From a virus: a stretch of DNA of 64,000 nt. This document shows, one piece after another, positions 50,452 through 60,408 of this stretch. The stretch's first letter is position 1, and each line of letters opens with the position of its first letter. Both the position numbers and the translations under genes were made by a program. The notes below the pieces were generated by a model, which was given only the letters and a program-made list of their open reading frames with translations, did not search any database and was not told the DNA's origin. The DNA lies in the IMG/VR virus record IMGVR_UViG_3300011115_000949, positions 1 through 64,000 of that record. The stretch is one strand, 5' to 3'.

Positions 50452-52167
50452 TTATGCTGGGAAAGTTGCGCCAGTTGGAGTAACGATGAAATCTAAGTAA
50501 ATAAATTCAGCAGTTTTAGTAGGCTGAACATATATTTGACCTATTAATTGATTTCTATCAATTACGTCTGCTGTATTGTTTGTATCATCCATTACAACTT
50601 TAAATGCATACAAACCTTGTCTTTGTTGTACTGAAGATAAGTATGGATTAACTTGGCTTAAGAATATATTTCTTGTAGCAATTGTATTTTGTTCAAACAC
50701 TAATGTGTTAGCTACTTGAGAAATATATGATTTAAGAGCAATTAACAAACGACGAACATTTACACGATCAAGAGCAGATGGTTTTTGTTGTAAGGTTTTC
50801 TGACCATATACTACAATACCTTGACCAGGGAAAGTAGCTATTGGATTAACTTTACCATTGTAAAGAGTATCACGAGTTGATTGATTTAATTTTTGTTCAA
50901 CACGAATTACAGTTCCTAAACCACCACGATTAATACCTGCTGGTGCAAACCAAGGTTCAGCTACTGAGTCGTTATAAGCATATACACCTATAATCATAGT
51001 AGATGCTGGAACCCAAACGTTTTTACCAGTTCCTGGGTCAAGAATTTGACACCATGGCCAGTATTCAGCAGCATATGAAGTATCACGTGATGCTGCTTGG
51101 CTAACTACTGAAGTATAAGTTGATCCGTATCCTACTGGGTCAAGTACAAAAATACTATCACCACGTTGTAAAGTATTAGATATAATTGTAGATACTGTAC
51201 TAGTATGGTTAGCAAAAGCATCAATTAAACCTGGAGTTATTAGTATATTAAATCTGTAATCATCTTTATTAGATAACAAATTAACCATGTTAGAATAGTT
51301 AGCTGCTACTAAACCTTGAGTATTACCTGCGTTGTTGATATTATTCCAAAAATTAGCTCCACCTTTTACATCACCAGTAGCACCACTAAATGAACCGCTA
51401 GCTGCTGAAGGAATAGAAGAAGTATATTGGTTTTTAGCTACACCATTATTATCTAAATAATCTGGGGTTAATAAACCAACAGAATCAACATAAACATAAG
51501 ATGAGTTATTTCTAAAGCTACCAGTTAATTCAATTTGATTAGTACTAGGATTATAATTATAAACATAATCACCAATTACTTTAGATACGAAATTATTTGA
51601 TTTTGGGTCTAATGATAAACCTGTAAATTGTTCTAATACAATTTTACTGTTAGTTATATCATCACCTCTTCTAATTAATAAATCAAAAGTACCAGAAGAA
51701 GTACTTGGATTAACAATTTCCCAACGGATATTATTGCTTGAACCACTTACTAAAGCACCTGCAGAATCTAGTGCTCCAGAACTGTTCATAATAATACCTT
51801 TAGATATTGTTTTAAGAACAAAAGCAGGTTGAGAAGAAGCTTGAGTACTAGCGCTAATAGCAGTACTTGTAGCTGAGGTATATGAACCAGATACTACACG
51901 AGCTACTAATAACGAGTCTCCACCATTATTAAAATAGTTGTAAGCCGCTATTGAAGTGAAATACGAATAAGTATCACTACCACTAACTAATACATCACCA
52001 AATTTATTTACATAATCTGTGTATGATGATACTAATGTAGGTAATTCTACGGGACCTTTTACAGTAGGGCCTATAATTGCTGCGCCTACAGTTACTGGTT
52101 GAGCTGATACTTGTGAGCGGTCGATTTCTCTAGCAAGTACACCAGGGGATATTAAAGTTTCTGCCAT
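50452..52167 (-). CDS. Tail sheath protein (T4 gp18-like)
   Basis: SPGV..REID, PWFAPAG..RG, GQKT, RVNVRRL, FEQN, PTKTAEFI. Confidence 0.95.
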   Translation of the reverse strand: MAETLISPGVLAREIDRSQVSAQPVTVGAAIIGPTVKGPVELPTLVSSYTDYVNKFGDVLVSGSDTYSYFTSIAAYNYFNNGGDSLLVARVVSGSYTSATSTAISASTQASSQPAFVLKTISKGIIMNSSGALDSAGALVSGSSNNIRWEIVNPSTSSGTFDLLIRRGDDITNSKIVLEQFTGLSLDPKSNNFVSKVIGDYVYNYNPSTNQIELTGSFRNNSSYVYVDSVGLLTPDYLDNNGVAKNQYTSSIPSAASGSFSGATGDVKGGANFWNNINNAGNTQGLVAANYSNMVNLLSNKDDYRFNILITPGLIDAFANHTSTVSTIISNTLQRGDSIFVLDPVGYGSTYTSVVSQAASRDTSYAAEYWPWCQILDPGTGKNVWVPASTMIIGVYAYNDSVAEPWFAPAGINRGGLGTVIRVEQKLNQSTRDTLYNGKVNPIATFPGQGIVVYGQKTLQQKPSALDRVNVRRLLIALKSYISQVANTLVFEQNTIATRNIFLSQVNPYLSSVQQRQGLYAFKVVMDDTNNTADVIDRNQLIGQIYVQPTKTAEFIYLDFIVTPTGATFPA

Positions 52168-52225
52168 GTTTTTAGATATTTAATTTGTTTTTGTTGATTA
52201 TAAATATCCAAAAAGGGCTCAAAAA

Positions 52226-52549
52226 CTAGCCTAGCTGTGTAATTTCTCCTGTTTCTGTGTTGATGTTTACCGTTCCGTATTTACTTTTTATAGATTGAAG
52301 AAATTTTTCTTCTTCTATGCGTAACGTTTCAAATTCTTTAAGTAACTCTTGTTTATAAGTTTCTAAGATTTGTTTTTGGTATTCATTTTGGCCAAATTTA
52401 AAAATTAAATTTTGAGATGATGAACTAAGTGATTTTAAAATGTTCATTTCTTCTTGAGCCAAATATTTACTGTTTGGGTTTTGAGAAGAAGTCCCAGGAC
52501 CATATTGAGAAGTTTGGTTTTCTAATGATTTATTTTTTTCTACAAACAT
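52226..52549 (-). CDS. Small coiled-coil hypothetical protein
   Basis: KYG...IN..TGEI C-terminus; promoter TTG-N19-TATATTTA at 52562-52591. Confidence 0.6.
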   Translation of the reverse strand: MFVEKNKSLENQTSQYGPGTSSQNPNSKYLAQEEMNILKSLSSSSQNLIFKFGQNEYQKQILETYKQELLKEFETLRIEEEKFLQSIKSKYGTVNINTETGEITQLG

Positions 52550-52593
52550 AATTTTTATTTTTAAATATAATAAACTATTTTAATTATACAAGT

Positions 52594-53481
52594 TTAATTT
52601 GTATTTGTTTTATTAGGTAATTGATTAACGTTAGATACAACTTCTGTGGTAAATGTTACACTAGTAATATCTGGTAATTTTTTAACAGCGCTTACATCTT
52701 TTTGTATTGCATCCGGGATAATATATCCGTTTAGTTTAATGTTAAAATTACTTTTAACTGCTCGGTCTTTACCATCATCTACTTCTATAACAGTAGTAAA
52801 CGAATCAATTCTAGCATTAAATTTAAACCTTGCAGGATCACCCCAATATGAATCTGAGGCATAGTTAATTGCCTCAACAATTTTATTCATTTGTTCTATA
52901 TAATAAGTATAAATAACACAACTATAAGTTATTGTAACATAATCAGGTATTACTATAGCATGTTGTTCTCTTTCAGGTTTAATATTGTTTAGTACATCAA
53001 ATGGAGTATAAAAATTTCTTGAAGAATAATTTTTTACAAAAGTATTATATAAATTTGGATGATTTGCATCTAGCTTATTTCCTATATTTCTAACTTTAGC
53101 TAAATCGTCTCTTTTAAAAACTAAAAGTGGTGACATTATTTTACCACTTTTGTCTCTATAATAACCATCTTTTTGCAACATTTTCCATTTTTCAGGATTA
53201 CCATAAACTACGGGTACTGCTATTCGTTGGCCATTTTGTATAACAAATGGTCTTATTACTTCAGTAAAATAATAATAAATAGTTTCATCAATATCTTGGA
53301 TACCTAAAGTAAATGGTTTAGCTGTATCATTTTTAAGACTTAATTGTTCACCTCTATTAATTTCTCCATTATTGTTAGGATTTCCTACGGGTTGAAAACC
53401 CGGTCCTCCTTGTTGATAGGGTTCCTGTTGAGAAATGCTAATTTCTCTTTGGGTTTTAGGTGTAGGTTTTCTATTTGCCAT
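52594..53481 (-). CDS. Tail terminator/sheath stabiliser (gp15-like), putative
   Basis: VPVVYG.PEKW, P.YVTITY, LNGYIIP; synteny after neck genes. Confidence 0.65.
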   Translation of the reverse strand: MANRKPTPKTQREISISQQEPYQQGGPGFQPVGNPNNNGEINRGEQLSLKNDTAKPFTLGIQDIDETIYYYFTEVIRPFVIQNGQRIAVPVVYGNPEKWKMLQKDGYYRDKSGKIMSPLLVFKRDDLAKVRNIGNKLDANHPNLYNTFVKNYSSRNFYTPFDVLNNIKPEREQHAIVIPDYVTITYSCVIYTYYIEQMNKIVEAINYASDSYWGDPARFKFNARIDSFTTVIEVDDGKDRAVKSNFNIKLNGYIIPDAIQKDVSAVKKLPDITSVTFTTEVVSNVNQLPNKTNTN

Positions 53482-53990
53482 TACGGTCTTTCTTTAGTTA
53501 AGTTTACTTTATCTGCAGGTATGTAATGAGCCACACAATTTATAGATACGTTATATCCAAAATTTTCTAAGCCGGGGTTAAGTGGGTTAACAGCATATGG
53601 ATAATCTGGGTCTTTACCTACAAATAATTGGTTATTAAAAGATTGTTCTATTTCATAGTAATCTTCATAATACATAACTATATCTCCTAATTCTGGGTTA
53701 ACATTAGCTTCTACCAAATCATCTCTTAAAAACCCAAATGTAAGAGTTCTTACATAATCTCTACCTATGTCTGTATTTTGAAATGCTGGGTCTGTTCTTG
53801 TAATTCTACAATTTAAAATAGTAGGTTCAGTATAATATCTGTAACCTGTAGATTCACCATAAATGTTAGAGACTGTTTTTTCTAAATTAACTTTATAAAG
53901 CACGCATTGTTGAGACATTACGTTGCCTAACAGTTCTCTGTTAACTTTTCTTATTACAGAAACATCTCTAGATGATCCAAATAGTGCCAT
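53481..53990 (-). CDS. Neck/head-closure protein (gp14-like), putative
   Basis: NIYGES, PELGDIV..YYEI; synteny. Confidence 0.65.
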   Translation of the reverse strand: MALFGSSRDVSVIRKVNRELLGNVMSQQCVLYKVNLEKTVSNIYGESTGYRYYTEPTILNCRITRTDPAFQNTDIGRDYVRTLTFGFLRDDLVEANVNPELGDIVMYYEDYYEIEQSFNNQLFVGKDPDYPYAVNPLNPGLENFGYNVSINCVAHYIPADKVNLTKERP

Positions 53991-53991
53991 A

Positions 53992-55137
53992 TTATCCTAT
54001 ATAAATAGTCATTGGTGCTTGACCTAATTCACTTTGACGAGCTACAGTTTCAGCTTGTTTTCTTTCTAACATTTTTTGGTTTGATGTTTCATCTAAAAAT
54101 GTTCTTAATCTTTCAAGTAAAGCTGTTTTTTCAGCTGTAGCAGCAGATATTAAATCACTTTGGTTTAAAGTAACTTCAGCTCCTGGAATAGGTACTTGTG
54201 TGTATTTTCCACGAACGTATCCTAATATTTCTTTACATAATGATAAAGTGTATTCAAATATCCATTGACGACCAATAGAATTTATTCTTGAATAAACTGG
54301 GTTTTGGAAGCCGGCGTTTGATGGGTTTGTAACGACAGCAGCTGAACCTGTATTTACAATTGAGTCTAGTCTGTCTTGTAATTTTATATATTGAAAATAA
54401 ATATTAACTCCACTTTGATCTGGAATTGGAAATATTCTTAATTTATTGTTTATAAGTTCAAATGAGTATGCTGATTTTCTAATTGTATCATTAAATTCAA
54501 TTGCTTGAATTACCTGCATGTCATAATTTACAGGCATTAAAACAAAGTTAACAGATGGAGAATAGGCTCCAAAACCAAAACTGTCCATTAAGTTTTGAGC
54601 ACCTAAACCTGTACCAGCATATGGATCGTAAAAACGAGTTACTGCTGGGGGGCCGTAATGAAATATTCTTTTAACTTCAATTCCACCCGAAATGCTATTT
54701 GCTGTTGCCCATCCTGCTAAATCGTAATCTTGAATACTTGCTGTAGTGGCAAATGAACCACTATACCAAGTAACATTTCCACCCACACCTGCTTCAACTC
54801 CATATTGTTGAGACATTCTAACAATATTTGCTAAACTAGGAGTAATAAGAGCAGTATTAAGATTAGAAGATGTTGGAGTGTTTATAACGTTTATTAAATT
54901 ATCTCTTAATTGAAATGCATATAATTCATTTCCGTAAGTAGTAATTGCTTCTTCAAAAGCAGCATAAAAGTTGATATCTTGCAATTCAACTTCCATAATA
55001 GGATATCCTAAACGTCTAGCACAAAAAGTAGCAACTTTATCAGCATCTACTTGAAAGTCGTAATCGTTGTCATAAAATCCAAATGGAGTATTTCCAGGAA
55101 AAAATGAACTTGAACCAGGATATATAGGGATATTCAT
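53992..55137 (-). CDS. Neck/head-tail adaptor (gp13-like)
   Basis: RRLGYPIMEVEL, KEILGYVRGKY..VP.PG..VTLN; synteny. Confidence 0.8.
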   Translation of the reverse strand: MNIPIYPGSSSFFPGNTPFGFYDNDYDFQVDADKVATFCARRLGYPIMEVELQDINFYAAFEEAITTYGNELYAFQLRDNLINVINTPTSSNLNTALITPSLANIVRMSQQYGVEAGVGGNVTWYSGSFATTASIQDYDLAGWATANSISGGIEVKRIFHYGPPAVTRFYDPYAGTGLGAQNLMDSFGFGAYSPSVNFVLMPVNYDMQVIQAIEFNDTIRKSAYSFELINNKLRIFPIPDQSGVNIYFQYIKLQDRLDSIVNTGSAAVVTNPSNAGFQNPVYSRINSIGRQWIFEYTLSLCKEILGYVRGKYTQVPIPGAEVTLNQSDLISAATAEKTALLERLRTFLDETSNQKMLERKQAETVARQSELGQAPMTIYIG

Positions 55138-55160
55138 GTAATATTTTTATTATAAATATG

Positions 55161-58100
55161 TTAAGCTAGTAAACCTAACTGCCTTAGAGCCTTAACTACT
55201 TGAGCTATTGTATACCCGTCGTAAGTATCAGCATCGTTAAGAGCTACACCAGGGTTGCTAGTAAATGTTGAACTTGCACCAGCTGTTGTAGGTTGTGTAA
55301 CAGTTGTTGCTCCAAAAAATCCTATACTTTGATTATCTTTGCATTGAATCGTTTTAGCGGCTGATGAATTTTCAACTTGAAATGTTGTAGTTGCTGACGT
55401 AGATCCGGCTCCCATAACAATTAGTCTTGCAGCCGTAGAAGGGCCACCTACACCTACTTCTCCAGTATATGAAATAGTAAATCTTTCACGAGCTGCTGTA
55501 GTTTCATAGATACTAAGCTGACCATTATACATTTTGTATATTAACCAATTACTATTAACACCTGCACTAGTAGTACCAAGTGATATACCTGCATAAACAG
55601 GTTTTACAATAGCTATACCGTTTGTACCACCTAAATAACTGCTAGGAGAGGTAGTACCTATACCAACATCATTACTATTATTAACATATAGTAAATTTGA
55701 TCCAACTTGAAGTTGAGTAGCGTTTGAACTTGAAACTGTAAGTGAACCGGTAATTAAAACATTTTGATTAAGTGGGTTTACAAATGAAGCGGTTGAAGCA
55801 AATGAAGATGTAAGAGCAGTTGTTGCGTATGATGCTGTTCCTAAGAGTGAGCCTGTAAATGAACCAGTAAATGAACTACCTGTTATGCCTAAAGTAGTAT
55901 TTAACGAACCTGTTACTAAAACACTACCTGAAACGTTAAGTGAACCTGTAACAGTATGTACATCTGTAATAACGTTTCCTATTTTTACCCCTGTAGGTAA
56001 AACTTGAAATTCAATTGCACTACCAGTAAATACTGTAAACGAACCCGTAACTACAGAGCTACCTGATACTAAGAGTGAACCAGTTATTAAAGCACTACCT
56101 GTTATATCTAATTTAGCGTTTGGAGCTGATGATTTTCCAATAGCTAAACTAGAACTATTCATTATAATTCTTTGGTTTTGACCTAAATAAGCGTGAAATG
56201 CTTCATTGCCCGTAAGATTATCTTTCATTATAACTTCTCCACCACTAGGATCACCGTATCCTGAGTAGCCTACAAAGGTAAAATTATATCCACTATATGT
56301 TTTCCAACTTGTAGCAACTGAAGGGTTAAAAGTAAGAGAAGTATTTAAAGTATTAAAATTAATAGAATCATAGGCATCAATGTTTAATCCTGCTACCGCT
56401 CCTCCTGAATTTCCTGAGAATCTACCTATTCTGCCTCCATTGGTATGAAATAATTCCACTATACCTCCTACAGTAGAACTACCAGTAACTCTAAAATAAG
56501 TAGTGTTACCTACATTAGCCATTAAACTACCTGTACCTACATTAAATGTAGCATTTCCATTGTCTGCTATAGTTAAGATAGAGGTACCTGCACTATTTTC
56601 TACAAGCATAGTGTTTGTAGCAGATGTAGTACCTGAACCTTTAACTCTTAGTGAATTTGAAGCAGAGCCGGTTATTGTAACATTTTGGTTTAATGGGTTT
56701 ACAAATGAAGCGGTTGATGCGAATGAAGCTGTAAGAGCGGTTGTTGCATATGATGCTGTACCTGTTAAGGGACCAATGTGTGATCCTGAAAACGAGCTAG
56801 CAGTGATGTCTGATTTAAAATAAGCAGAACCACTAGCTGTAATTTTAGCTACTACTTCAGTACCTCCTGAGTTTTGCCATTCTGTAATGCTACCTGTGCC
56901 TGCTTGGCCTGAGGCTGCTCTAACCATTAAATTAACCCCAGTTGTATCTGGGTTTTTAATTAACATGGAGTAATTATTAGGGTATGCAGGTTGAGAACCT
57001 CCATACGGGTATGTATATATATTTACGTTAGATACAGTACCAGCAGCATTATATACCCCAAAGCATACATTATAATTTCCTCCATTTAAAAATAATGGTC
57101 CTCCATATGCTTGTATAATGTGAGAAGTACCACCAATAGCATTAAATTCTAATTTAGGAGAATAATAATCTGTTGGGGCCTTTAATATTATACCTGTACC
57201 TGCACCTGTAGCTTGATTTATAGTTAAAGAACCAGTGTTTACAGTTACATTACCATTATCTGCTACAGCAAATGTGTTTATATTACTACTATTTTCAAGA
57301 TAAAGAGTATTTGTAGCTGAAGTAGCTCCTGAGCCTTTGACCCTTAAAGAATTTGAAGCAGAGCCTGTAATTAAAACGTTTTGATTAAGCGGATTTACAT
57401 ACGATGCGGTTGATGCAAATGAAGAACTTACTGCATTTAAAACGTAAGATGCAGTATTTGCATTTGAGGCAGTTAATGCTTGAGTAGCATAGGATGCTGT
57501 ACCTAAAAATGAACCAGTTATACCTGCACTTACTTCTAATGACCCTGTAATAACTTGACTTCCTATAATATCTAAAGTAGCATTTAAAGAAGAAGATTTT
57601 GCTATACCAATTCTACCTGAACTAGAAATAAATAGTCTAGTAAGATTAGAGGCACCAGACTGAAGATAATGGTCTCCAGCTGATCGTAATAACATATATC
57701 CTCTACTGCTACCAAATTCTATCATATAGCCTGTATTAGCTATTTGCATAATATTTCCACTAGTTTGGTAACCTTGGAATGTTGTACTTGCTATTGTAAG
57801 AGTAGGATAATAATAGGTTGGTGGATATATAGGAAGATTTATTGAATTGTTTGGCCCATATACTATAAGCGAACCTGTGATTGTAGTATTACCATTTACA
57901 TGTAAAGTTGTACTTGGTGTTGTAGTATTTATACCTACTCTAGCATCATCTCTAACAACTAAAGAAGCAGTGTTTCCACTGTTTTCTATATAAAGAGTAT
58001 TTGTTGCTGACGTAGCTCCTGATCCTTTAACTCTTAATGAGTTTGAAGCTGATCCTGTTATTTCAACGTTTTGATTAAGTGGATTTACGTACGATGCAGT

Positions 58101-59849
58101 TGATGCAAATGAAGCACTTACTGCATTTAAAACGTAAGATGCTGTTTGAGCTGTAGCTACATAAGAAGCTGTTACAGCATAAGATGCAGTTGTAGCTGTT
58201 GCTGCATTTCCTGAAATAGAACCTGAGAAAAAGGATGAATTTTCCCATTTTAAGGCTGTTGAATCATATATTAAAGCCTGGCCATCAGTTGGTCCTGATA
58301 TGTTAACATCAGATAGACCGGATAAAGTTGTTGTTACAGTAGAACCTCCACCACCTGATCCTCCTACGCTTCTAAATAGACCTCCTGGGATTATTTTATA
58401 TGAGTTACTATCTGTAAAGGTAGCATTGTTTCTTAAAATCAAAGAGCCTAAGTAAAGTGCTTGAGCAGCTGTATTAGGAGCTTCAGTAAATGATTCTATA
58501 TTTATATTTGCTATAGCATCTAAATCAGTTGGATACTGATTATTACCATAGTAAACATAAATACCTTTTGTAACACTATTAGGAAACCAATACACCCTTT
58601 GAATTGACCATCCTCTAATAGCACCACTTCCTGTTACAGGAGTTAAAACACCATTATTTGAATATTGTGTTGGATCTATTGTTGGATACCCGGCACCCCC
58701 ATTAGTATCATATACCCAAGCTGCTGATCCGGATTGGCGGTATCTAAATATTTTAGATACTGTGGTTCCTGCATCTGTAATATAAGATGGATTATTTGGA
58801 TCAATTGTATAATTTCTACCATCCGACCAAGCAGTACCTGATGCTACTACTAAGCTACCAGTTGAAGAACCACTTGCAGATAAAGTAAATCCTGATAACT
58901 TTAATGGACCAAATGCTCTAATAAAATCAGAAGATCTTTGTTTCCAACCATAAGCAAGTGAAGCAAATGTTTGAGTACCATTGATTGTAGAACGGTTTTG
59001 ATGAACTACAACACCAATAGGAATTGTAGTATTAAACTGCCCATCATTATATGGAGTACCTTGAGTAAATATATTACTTGTATTATCAATTGCAACAAAT
59101 GTTTGATCATAAGATGCACTTAAAGGAGCAATACTGGCTGATAAATTAGGCCAGTTAAGATATTGTACTGTAGGATAAGGATTATCGTTAAACGATGCGT
59201 TTAAATTTACAATAACACCACTACCACTACTTACTTGATAAACAGTAGATGATTGAGTTGTAATTAAACCACCATTTAATAGCCCAGTATATAAATTACC
59301 TTCTATCCAACGAAGACGAGTTGTATTACTATATCCATTACCATTTTGAGAAAAGTATAAATCGTTTGTAGAACCACTTACATAAATGTAAGATGCTGAT
59401 ATTGTTGTATCTATGTTTGTAGTTACAGGATCAAATCTATGATAGCCAGATTGTCTTATATCTCCGTATATTTGAACTGAAGCAGTTGCAGCACCTGGGC
59501 TTGTAGATCCTGAAATTATAATACTGCCGGATAGCGTAGTATTTCCTAAAAGAGTATTGTTACCAACTTGTAAAGTAGAACCACTTACATTTAAGCTACC
59601 AGTTAATGTAGTAGAGCCTATTAATGTGTTTGAACCAGTAGTAAATAAACTGCCTGTTATTATTTGGTTGCCTACAAATGTATTTGAGCCAGTGGTTGCA
59701 AATACAGTACTGTCTTTACCATCTAATAAGTCTGCGTTTAAAGCATATGAAGCGGTTCCTAAAAGTGAACCTGTTACACCGGCGGTAACATTTAATGAGT
59801 TTAGACTGGCGTCAGAGCCAGATACTATGACTTTTTTCCAATTTGGCAT
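55161..59849 (-). CDS. Large Ser/Thr/Gly-rich fibre-like virion protein with repeated modules
   Basis: 1562 aa; many TGS/SGS and GTASYA repeats; VGIGTTSP-type fibre repeats. Confidence 0.75.
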   Translation of the reverse strand: MPNWKKVIVSGSDASLNSLNVTAGVTGSLLGTASYALNADLLDGKDSTVFATTGSNTFVGNQIITGSLFTTGSNTLIGSTTLTGSLNVSGSTLQVGNNTLLGNTTLSGSIIISGSTSPGAATASVQIYGDIRQSGYHRFDPVTTNIDTTISASYIYVSGSTNDLYFSQNGNGYSNTTRLRWIEGNLYTGLLNGGLITTQSSTVYQVSSGSGVIVNLNASFNDNPYPTVQYLNWPNLSASIAPLSASYDQTFVAIDNTSNIFTQGTPYNDGQFNTTIPIGVVVHQNRSTINGTQTFASLAYGWKQRSSDFIRAFGPLKLSGFTLSASGSSTGSLVVASGTAWSDGRNYTIDPNNPSYITDAGTTVSKIFRYRQSGSAAWVYDTNGGAGYPTIDPTQYSNNGVLTPVTGSGAIRGWSIQRVYWFPNSVTKGIYVYYGNNQYPTDLDAIANINIESFTEAPNTAAQALYLGSLILRNNATFTDSNSYKIIPGGLFRSVGGSGGGGSTVTTTLSGLSDVNISGPTDGQALIYDSTALKWENSSFFSGSISGNAATATTASYAVTASYVATAQTASYVLNAVSASFASTASYVNPLNQNVEITGSASNSLRVKGSGATSATNTLYIENSGNTASLVVRDDARVGINTTTPSTTLHVNGNTTITGSLIVYGPNNSINLPIYPPTYYYPTLTIASTTFQGYQTSGNIMQIANTGYMIEFGSSRGYMLLRSAGDHYLQSGASNLTRLFISSSGRIGIAKSSSLNATLDIIGSQVITGSLEVSAGITGSFLGTASYATQALTASNANTASYVLNAVSSSFASTASYVNPLNQNVLITGSASNSLRVKGSGATSATNTLYLENSSNINTFAVADNGNVTVNTGSLTINQATGAGTGIILKAPTDYYSPKLEFNAIGGTSHIIQAYGGPLFLNGGNYNVCFGVYNAAGTVSNVNIYTYPYGGSQPAYPNNYSMLIKNPDTTGVNLMVRAASGQAGTGSITEWQNSGGTEVVAKITASGSAYFKSDITASSFSGSHIGPLTGTASYATTALTASFASTASFVNPLNQNVTITGSASNSLRVKGSGTTSATNTMLVENSAGTSILTIADNGNATFNVGTGSLMANVGNTTYFRVTGSSTVGGIVELFHTNGGRIGRFSGNSGGAVAGLNIDAYDSINFNTLNTSLTFNPSVATSWKTYSGYNFTFVGYSGYGDPSGGEVIMKDNLTGNEAFHAYLGQNQRIIMNSSSLAIGKSSAPNAKLDITGSALITGSLLVSGSSVVTGSFTVFTGSAIEFQVLPTGVKIGNVITDVHTVTGSLNVSGSVLVTGSLNTTLGITGSSFTGSFTGSLLGTASYATTALTSSFASTASFVNPLNQNVLITGSLTVSSSNATQLQVGSNLLYVNNSNDVGIGTTSPSSYLGGTNGIAIVKPVYAGISLGTTSAGVNSNWLIYKMYNGQLSIYETTAARERFTISYTGEVGVGGPSTAARLIVMGAGSTSATTTFQVENSSAAKTIQCKDNQSIGFFGATTVTQPTTAGASSTFTSNPGVALNDADTYDGYTIAQVVKALRQLGLLA
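55751..58142 (-). repeat. Imperfect ~160-nt module repeats in the fibre gene (approx. 57982-58142, 57292-57452, 56596-56760; partial 55751-55840)
   Basis: Recurring FASTAS(Y/F)VNPLNQNV.ITGSASNSLRVKGSG.TSATNT...ENS; boundaries approximate. Confidence 0.85.
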
Positions 59850-59863
59850 CGTACATTTAGTTT

Positions 59864-59928
59864 ATATTGTGGTTAGATACATACACTATGCCGTGTATAT
59901 GCCTACTTCCTTTGCAGGCCAACAATAT
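59864..59928 (-). ncRNA. Putative cis-regulatory three-way-junction RNA in the fibre-gene 5' leader
   Basis: P1 ATATTG(T)TGG/CCACAATAT; P2 CCT-GCAA-AGG; P3 TAGG(C)ATATACAC-GGCATA-GTGTATGT(A)TCTA. Confidence 0.6.
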
Positions 59929-59955
59929 TCTATAATAAATATAGTAAAATAACTG

Positions 59956-60183
59956 TTATTTTTTAGCTTTTTTATCTTCTCTAGCTAATGTTTCTTGTAA
60001 TTCTTGTTGCTTTTTAGTTTCTTCTTGTTTAAGCATTTCTTGAATTTGTGCAAATTCCTGTTCTAATTTAACTTGTAAATTTGCTACAAATTTAGCATCT
60101 TTACCACTAATAGTAATAGTATCTAGTGATTGACGAAGACATTGAATTTCTCCAGGAGTTAAATCTATTGAAAAAATATTCAT
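59956..60183 (-). CDS. Small helical hypothetical protein
   Basis: LTPGEIQ.L...L....ISG.D pattern resembles the next ORF; lies between fibre genes. Confidence 0.6.
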   Translation of the reverse strand: MNIFSIDLTPGEIQCLRQSLDTITISGKDAKFVANLQVKLEQEFAQIQEMLKQEETKKQQELQETLAREDKKAKK

Positions 60184-60189
60184 AAACTT

Positions 60190-60408
60190 TTATTTTTTTA
60201 TTTGTTGTAACGTTTTATATTGGTTTTGTAATTTTAATGCTGTGTTATATATAATTTCTACGTGTTCGCCTTTAAAAGTGCTACTACGTATTAATTGTAA
60301 TATAAGTTGAATTTCTTCAAGTGTCAAGCTATTTTGATCACTTGACCCTACCTTTTCAGGTGTTTTATAATTTCCAGCATTAAGAGCCATAACTAATTTT
60401 TTAAACAT
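60190..60408 (-). CDS. Small helical hypothetical protein
   Basis: LTLEEIQLILQLI..STFKGE..KLQ; similar to 59956..60183. Confidence 0.6.
   Translation of the reverse strand: MFKKLVMALNAGNYKTPEKVGSSDQNSLTLEEIQLILQLIRSSTFKGEHVEIIYNTALKLQNQYKTLQQIKK

Noticed and set aside
52208-52232. Possible terminator GGCT...AGCC plus T-tract upstream of the sheath gene
   Set aside because: Stem too short to call confidently.
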